Shown in pieces: positions 34,496-39,584 of a stretch of DNA of 39,584 bases. The notes beneath the pieces are model-generated. The model searched no databases and had not been told where the DNA came from. It worked only from the letters and a program-made list of their open reading frames with translations. How positions within the stretch are numbered: position 1 is the first letter of the stretch; each line of letters begins with the position of its first letter. This DNA comes from Vicugna vicugna (lineage: Eukaryota): assembly GCA_013265495.1 (NCBI GenBank), contig PNXW01001564.1:1-39584 (forward strand), given 5' to 3'. The position numbers and the translations under genes are program-made.

Positions 34496-34830
34496 TGTTG
34501 ATCTGAAACATATAGATTACTGGATATTTTTCCAAAAAGATGGGCTTATTTGGCATCAGCAAGAATTACAATTTGAAACCTGTAACCATGTTGAACCATG
34601 TGCGATTCCCTCCATGGCCAGGAAAGGAGAATGTTTTTATAAAGGGATAAAGGGATTTGGGAGGGCTCTAGTAAATAACGGGCCCATGACTTCTCATTGG
34701 CTGAGCCCCTGCCATGAAAGAAGAGTCTTTCTTCTTTTGTTGGTCTTTGCTATGTTGCAGAACAGAAGAGTTCCCCTTCATGGTCTCCCAACTCTATTTA
34801 ATTTAATTTCTATTTATTGATTGCTTTATA
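34496..34830 (-). mobile_element. Short solo LTR
   Basis: The reverse strand shows CCAAT (~34697-34701), TATAAAA (~34635-34641), a degenerate polyA signal (~34550) and a CAACA end, in LTR order. Confidence 0.6.
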
Positions 34831-35969
34831 AGGTGAGAATATTGGCTCAAAGCTCTCTCAGTGGGTGAGTTCTGCATATTTAGTAGACTATGTGTATTCT
34901 ATAGAAGGCATAAATTCCCATATTGGGTCCCTGATGCATGAGTGAATTTATTTCAATATAAAGGACTGGGTAGAAATATTTGGAACTAATCTCCCTTTCC
35001 AAATAGTAAAGAAAAAGCAGCAACATATTCTTGTGCTAACAAAGAAATTTGATAAATGCAGGAAATACATTTTATCACATCCCCACATAATTTACTTGTT
35101 TGGTTTAAGGATAAAATGGAGAGACATACTAAATTGGTATGGAAAATGGTGCTTGAAAAAGTTCTGTTCTTTTTAAAGAAAAATCTCTTTTAAAAATACC
35201 TTTACTTTGTGTGATTTTCCTTTATATGAGACAATCCTATAGGATAGAGTCAAAGATGTATTTGATAATGATCTCTCAACATCTTCATTTCCCTAGACGT
35301 ATCTCATTTGGGAAACAGTGAGGCTCATTGAAGTAATTATCATAGGTCAATTGGGCAAACACAACAATGCCTTTTGTTTGAATTACTTTGTAACAAGTGA
35401 TGTAACAAGTTATCAGCCATTCCATGTAGAGAAAAGATAAAATAGGTTGGAATTTAGGAAACCTGAATTCTTATTTTTAATCTGCTATCATCAAAATGTA
35501 CAATTTTAAATATTTTCCTTTCCTTCCCTGGATCTCACTTTACTTGTATGCAAAATAAAAATAATGAATTAGATACTCTATAATAACCCTTTCAACTCTC
35601 AATGCCTATGATTTTATTACTTGTTTGTTTATTTGTTGATCAAATTCTGGCCTCCATGTTCTCTAATCCTTAGAGAGCTCATTTATAATATAGTATGAAA
35701 TTGAGGAATGTTATTCTGCTTATTGTGAACCATATCCAACACTTTCCAGAGATTTCAGCTCTTAAATTAGACAGCTAACAGCTTGGAACTAAAACAGCAG
35801 AAATATGCTTTTAGTTCTACTACTTACTGGTTACACCAGTTTAGACAGGCGGAATAAATTTTTCTGACCCTCCACTTTTTTAATCTATGAATTTGGAATA
35901 ATGTATTCATCTCATAGGGTTACTTTGAGGTTAAATATGAAAAAGGAGTCAAGAAGTGCTCATTACATG

Positions 35970-36726
35970 ATTTTTAAAAATTTTTATTAAGTTTTTAAAT
36001 TATTGAAGTGTAGTCAATTTACAATATGCATCAGTTTCTGGTATACAACATAATGTTTCAGTCATACACATACAAACACATATTCATTTTCATATTCTTT
36101 TTCATTATATGTTACTACAAGATATTGAATATAGTTCTGTGGACTATGCAGTATAAACTTGCTGTTTATATATTTAATATATAATAGTATATGCAAATCT
36201 CAAACTCCCAATACCCCTTTCCAGCCCTTATCACCCTAGTAACCCTAAGTTTGTTTTCTATGTCTGTGAGTCTGTTTCTGTTTTGTAAGTTCATCTGTCT
36301 TTTTTTTAAGATTTCACATATAAGTGATATCATATGGTATTTTTCTTTCTCTTTCAGGCTTACTTCACTTAGAAAGATGATCTCCCAGTCCATCCATGTT
36401 GCTGCAATGGCTTTTTTATGGCTAAGTAGTATTCCATTATATAAATATACCACAATTTCTTTATCTAGTCATCTGTTGATGGGCATTTAGATTGTTTCCA
36501 TATCTTGGTTATTGTAAATACTGCTGCTATGAACACTGGGGTGCATGTATCTTTACAAATTAGAGTTTCCTCCAGATACATGCTTAGGAGTGGGATTGTT
36601 GGATCATATGGTTGTCTGTTTTTAATCTTATAGGAATCTCCATACTGTTTTCCATAATGGCTGCAATAAACTACATTCCCACCAACAGTGTAGGAGGGTT
36701 CTCTGTTCTCCACATCCACTCCATAT
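35970..36726 (-). mobile_element. 5'-truncated L1 (ORF2 C-terminus and 3'-UTR), similar to the subfamily at 23400-24137
   Basis: Reverse-complement match to 23370-24110. Minus-strand ORFs contain YDPTIPLL and KDTCTPVFIAAVFTI. Confidence 0.9.
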
Positions 36727-37019
36727 TTACACAATACTTTTTAAAATAGCAAAATTAGGGAAAAATAAAAATGGACAAGGTTATATGTTATTAACTGACT
36801 TAACAAAGTGAATAAAATAACTATACAATTCTGAATTCTTCTGAGAGAGGAGATGGGAAATTCTTAGAGGAAAAAGTTGACATCTTTCAAATTCCCAAGT
36901 GTTTTTGAAACCATTATTCAATGCCTCCACAAATTAGGATGAGAAACAGTCTTCTGAATGTCTTTGCTGAAGGATTAATGTTAAAGAAAGATCTGGCTAA
37001 TTATTTGGTAAGTTTTTAT

Positions 37020-37270
37020 GTAGGTGGTAATGTGGGGCCAAGATCAAGATCGAGACTTGAGGTCAGACAGTCTTGAATTATATCTTTATGTCTGCTCCTT
37101 ATTAACTGTATGTCCTGGGGCACAAGGCTTAACTCCTCCTTGTCTCAATTTTCTTATCTTCCAACCACATGCAACCCTCTTTTAAAAATATCAAGTAAGA
37201 TAATTTATATAAAATTCTTTGCAGAATGCCTAGTATATATGCAGCAGACTAAATTAGGATTTGATCATTA
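37020..37270. mobile_element. MIR SINE remnant
   Basis: Core-like TATTAACTGTATGTCCTGGGGCAC..GGCTTAACTCCTC..TGTCTCAATTTTCTTATCT. Similar remnants lie near 1450-1660, 6490-6690 and 35790-35965. Confidence 0.55.
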
Positions 37271-38707
37271 CCTATAATAATAATTGCTAACCTTCATACA
37301 GAACTTTATAATTTACCAAATAATAACATCTCTCAACATAAAATTGGGGTTAATTTCTTTAGTCTTTAATTATCACAGAACTTTTAATATTTCAAACACC
37401 ACAAAAATGGAAATTGAGAGAAAAAAGAGCTATTGGAACATTTGACTTCAAAGCAAGTTTTAAAGAAGATTTTTACCAACTCATGAACTAGAAACAAATC
37501 CCACACAAAAAGAACACCCATGAAGAACTAACAATAAGAATATCTAGATTTTCATGAGTCTTTTAGCACATCTCTCTAAGATGGTCATTATTCTAATATC
37601 CAGGGAGGAAAATACTTTTTTAAGAAGTAAAATCATGACTCTCATACAAATATAAAATGAACACATGGCAAAGATTTTATTTAGCTTATTGATTAATGAA
37701 GGAAATAGTGAGATGTTATTATCAGTAGAAAGGAATTCCAGTGTATCACTCTTAACATTGTTCGCCCAGAATGTGTAACGAATTTACAAGTAAATGAAAA
37801 ACTGACTTTATCTGTAATGGTCAAGGAAATCAATCAAACTTCCACCAGACAAAATGTGCATTTCTATGAACAGCAATTACCTACATTATTGTCAGTTTTC
37901 TGCAACTTCAAGAGTTGTAAAATAGCTTCAAGTTAGTCAAAGACATAAATCCCATAGAACCATGACTCCAAATGAAGTATTATACATAACACACAGATTT
38001 TTTTAATGCTGCATTTTTTCCACAATATTTTCTCCTGACAAAAGTTGAATTTATTTAGCAGTTATCCATCAATAGAAGTACTGATGCCTTATGTATAAAA
38101 TAAATGTACATAAAGAGAAAACTATTTCCACATTTACATTTTCACAAAGGAAAAAAACATACTTCTGCATCCATTGAAGTTTTAACAAGAAATAGCACAC
38201 TTAAAATGGGAGATTAAAAAGAGTTGAATATGTTTACTTATCAAGGGATGGGTAGAATTGAGGGAAACTAAGAAGGGATGGTAAATCACCCCAGGGCTAG
38301 TAACAGTAGAAAGCCATTACCGTAATAGGATCTCAGAGAGCAGGAGGGAGAGATCACAGAAGGGCCAAGCAAAGGAGCCCAGCCTCAGTAAAAGGCACCC
38401 AGTCACTGACAAACCACTGCAGGGAACCAGGACAATAAGCACCAAAACATTCCTTCTTTTCTTCTCACCTCCCCACTGAAATATTCAGCTGGTGCTACCT
38501 CTTGGCCAGAAGTCAAGGGAGATGGTTAAAACTGACCAGGAAAGAGAGCTGTTCAGAAGGAGAGACTGAGAGATCTCAATGGGTAAAAGAAAAATAATTT
38601 TTGACATTCCAACTGTTTATTCTTTTTTTTTTTGAAGTAAGAGAGTAAATGCTATTTTTGAAATTAGCTTGAAAAAAGGAAAACACAGGGGAAATGAGAG
38701 TCTTCCA

Positions 38708-38820
38708 ATTTATTTATTCACTTAGTTTTATTGAACAGCAGTGTGAGTCAGACACTGAACCAAGTGCTGGGGATAAAGAGGCAAAGAAGACAGATACAGA
38801 TCTGTATCTCTTAGACTTAA
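38708..38820 (-). mobile_element. L2 3'-end fragment
   Basis: ATTTATTCA...TTTATTGAAC...GTCAGACACTG...AGTGCTGGGGATA matches the antisense L2 terminus. Confidence 0.6.
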
Positions 38821-39257
38821 TTAAGTGACCTTTAAATGGAAGAGAGGGGTGAATTAAACTAAATCCGTGTGTCAGCAATGTGCAGAACCAGAATCAATAG
38901 TCATACAAATATATTTTTTAACAGTTAAGGAAAAGTTAACATTTCCCATGGCTGTGTAGCAGTCAGGTTTATTATACAGTGAGCTCCCTGTAACTAGACA
39001 TCCTTCAGCAAAAGCCTAAGGGCCAACTGTCAGAAGGCATTAAAGAAGGATTTGAGCATCCTTGTAAGAAGCTGAATTAAACAGCCTCAGGAGTTCACTC
39101 ATTTTTACCATCTTTCTTTTCCCAGTGCACACTATGGAAAAAATAGCTTATATTATCAAAATACTTTGGATTATCTGAAAACCCAAAACATTAATTTCTC
39201 ATCATCTTGCTACTAAAAATATTGTCTTTACAGGTTAATTTACCAATTCTGAAATGA

Positions 39258-39584
39258 ATGATCATCAGCACTGAAATAAAAGAAGACAGAATAAATGTGA
39301 CTCAATTAATTCTAGTGGGACTTACACAGAATCACCAGACACAGAGAACTCTATTATTTTTGGTGTTACTTATCACATACGTTGTCACTGTCATGGGCAA
39401 TCTGCTCATTGTGGTTACTATAATCTGCACCAAATTTTGGACTCCCCCATGTATTTTTCTCTCTGACCTTCTTGTCTTTGATAGATTCATGTTATTCCTC
39501 TTCCATTATCCCTAAAATGTTAACTGATTTTTTTCCCTCATTCAAAAACTATCTCCTTCAGTGGCTACATGACACAGCTTTTCC
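39258..39584 (+). pseudogene. Decayed olfactory receptor family 4 pseudogene, probably OR4C-like, running off the window
   Basis: INVTQLILVGLTQN...MGNLLIVVTI, then LDSPMYF, LTFLSLIDSCYSSSIIPKML and KTISFSGYMTQLF in changing frames. Frameshifts occur at ~39430, ~39461 and ~39544, and the conserved TM3 Cys reads TAC (39566-39568). Acceptor TTTACAG ends at 39233. Confidence 0.9.

Noticed and set aside
34455..34820. 121-aa ORF
   Set aside because: It lies antisense within a solo LTR and has no protein motif.
35964..36746. Possible TSD around the L1 at 35970-36726 (TTACATGATTTTTAAAA versus TTACACAATACTTTTTAAAA)
   Set aside because: The match is too degenerate and AT-rich to call.
37590..38100. 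Possible ancient interspersed repeat
   Set aside because: It looks repeat-like, but I cannot assign a family or boundaries without a search.
1..39584. A novel biological system (CRISPR-like array, defence system or new gene family)
   Set aside because: This is eukaryotic OR-cluster DNA. The long tandem repeats are two-copy duplications without spacers, and all recognisable coding signal is OR or L1.

Overview
Mammalian genomic DNA, AT-rich and full of repeats, from a class II olfactory receptor (OR) family 4 cluster. The L1 3'-UTR types and the apparent absence of Alu, B1, Bov-tA/BovB and PRE-1 SINEs suggest a cetartiodactyl, possibly a camelid (inference). All OR loci are on the + strand: the last bases of an OR4A47-like paralog (stop at 6-8), two OR4A47-like genes (7762-8711, 14509-15435), an OR4A15-like gene (30233-31182) and the 5' part of a decayed OR4, probably OR4C-like (39258-end). 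All four readable coding regions are disrupted in this sequence. The first ~16 kb is a tandem array of gene-containing units (stop-to-stop spacing 8677 and 6750 bp) with patches that look like gene conversion and copy-specific LTR/L1 insertions and deletions. Other contents are a nested L1 complex (a twin-primed, 5'-inverted L1 inside another L1), several solo LTRs, MaLR/ERVL remnants, L2/MIR fragments, short tandem duplications and candidate OR promoter and 5'-UTR exon signals. I found no evidence of a new biological system; the interesting signals are evolutionary and regulatory. Repeat family names and gene symbols come from recall, not from database searches.
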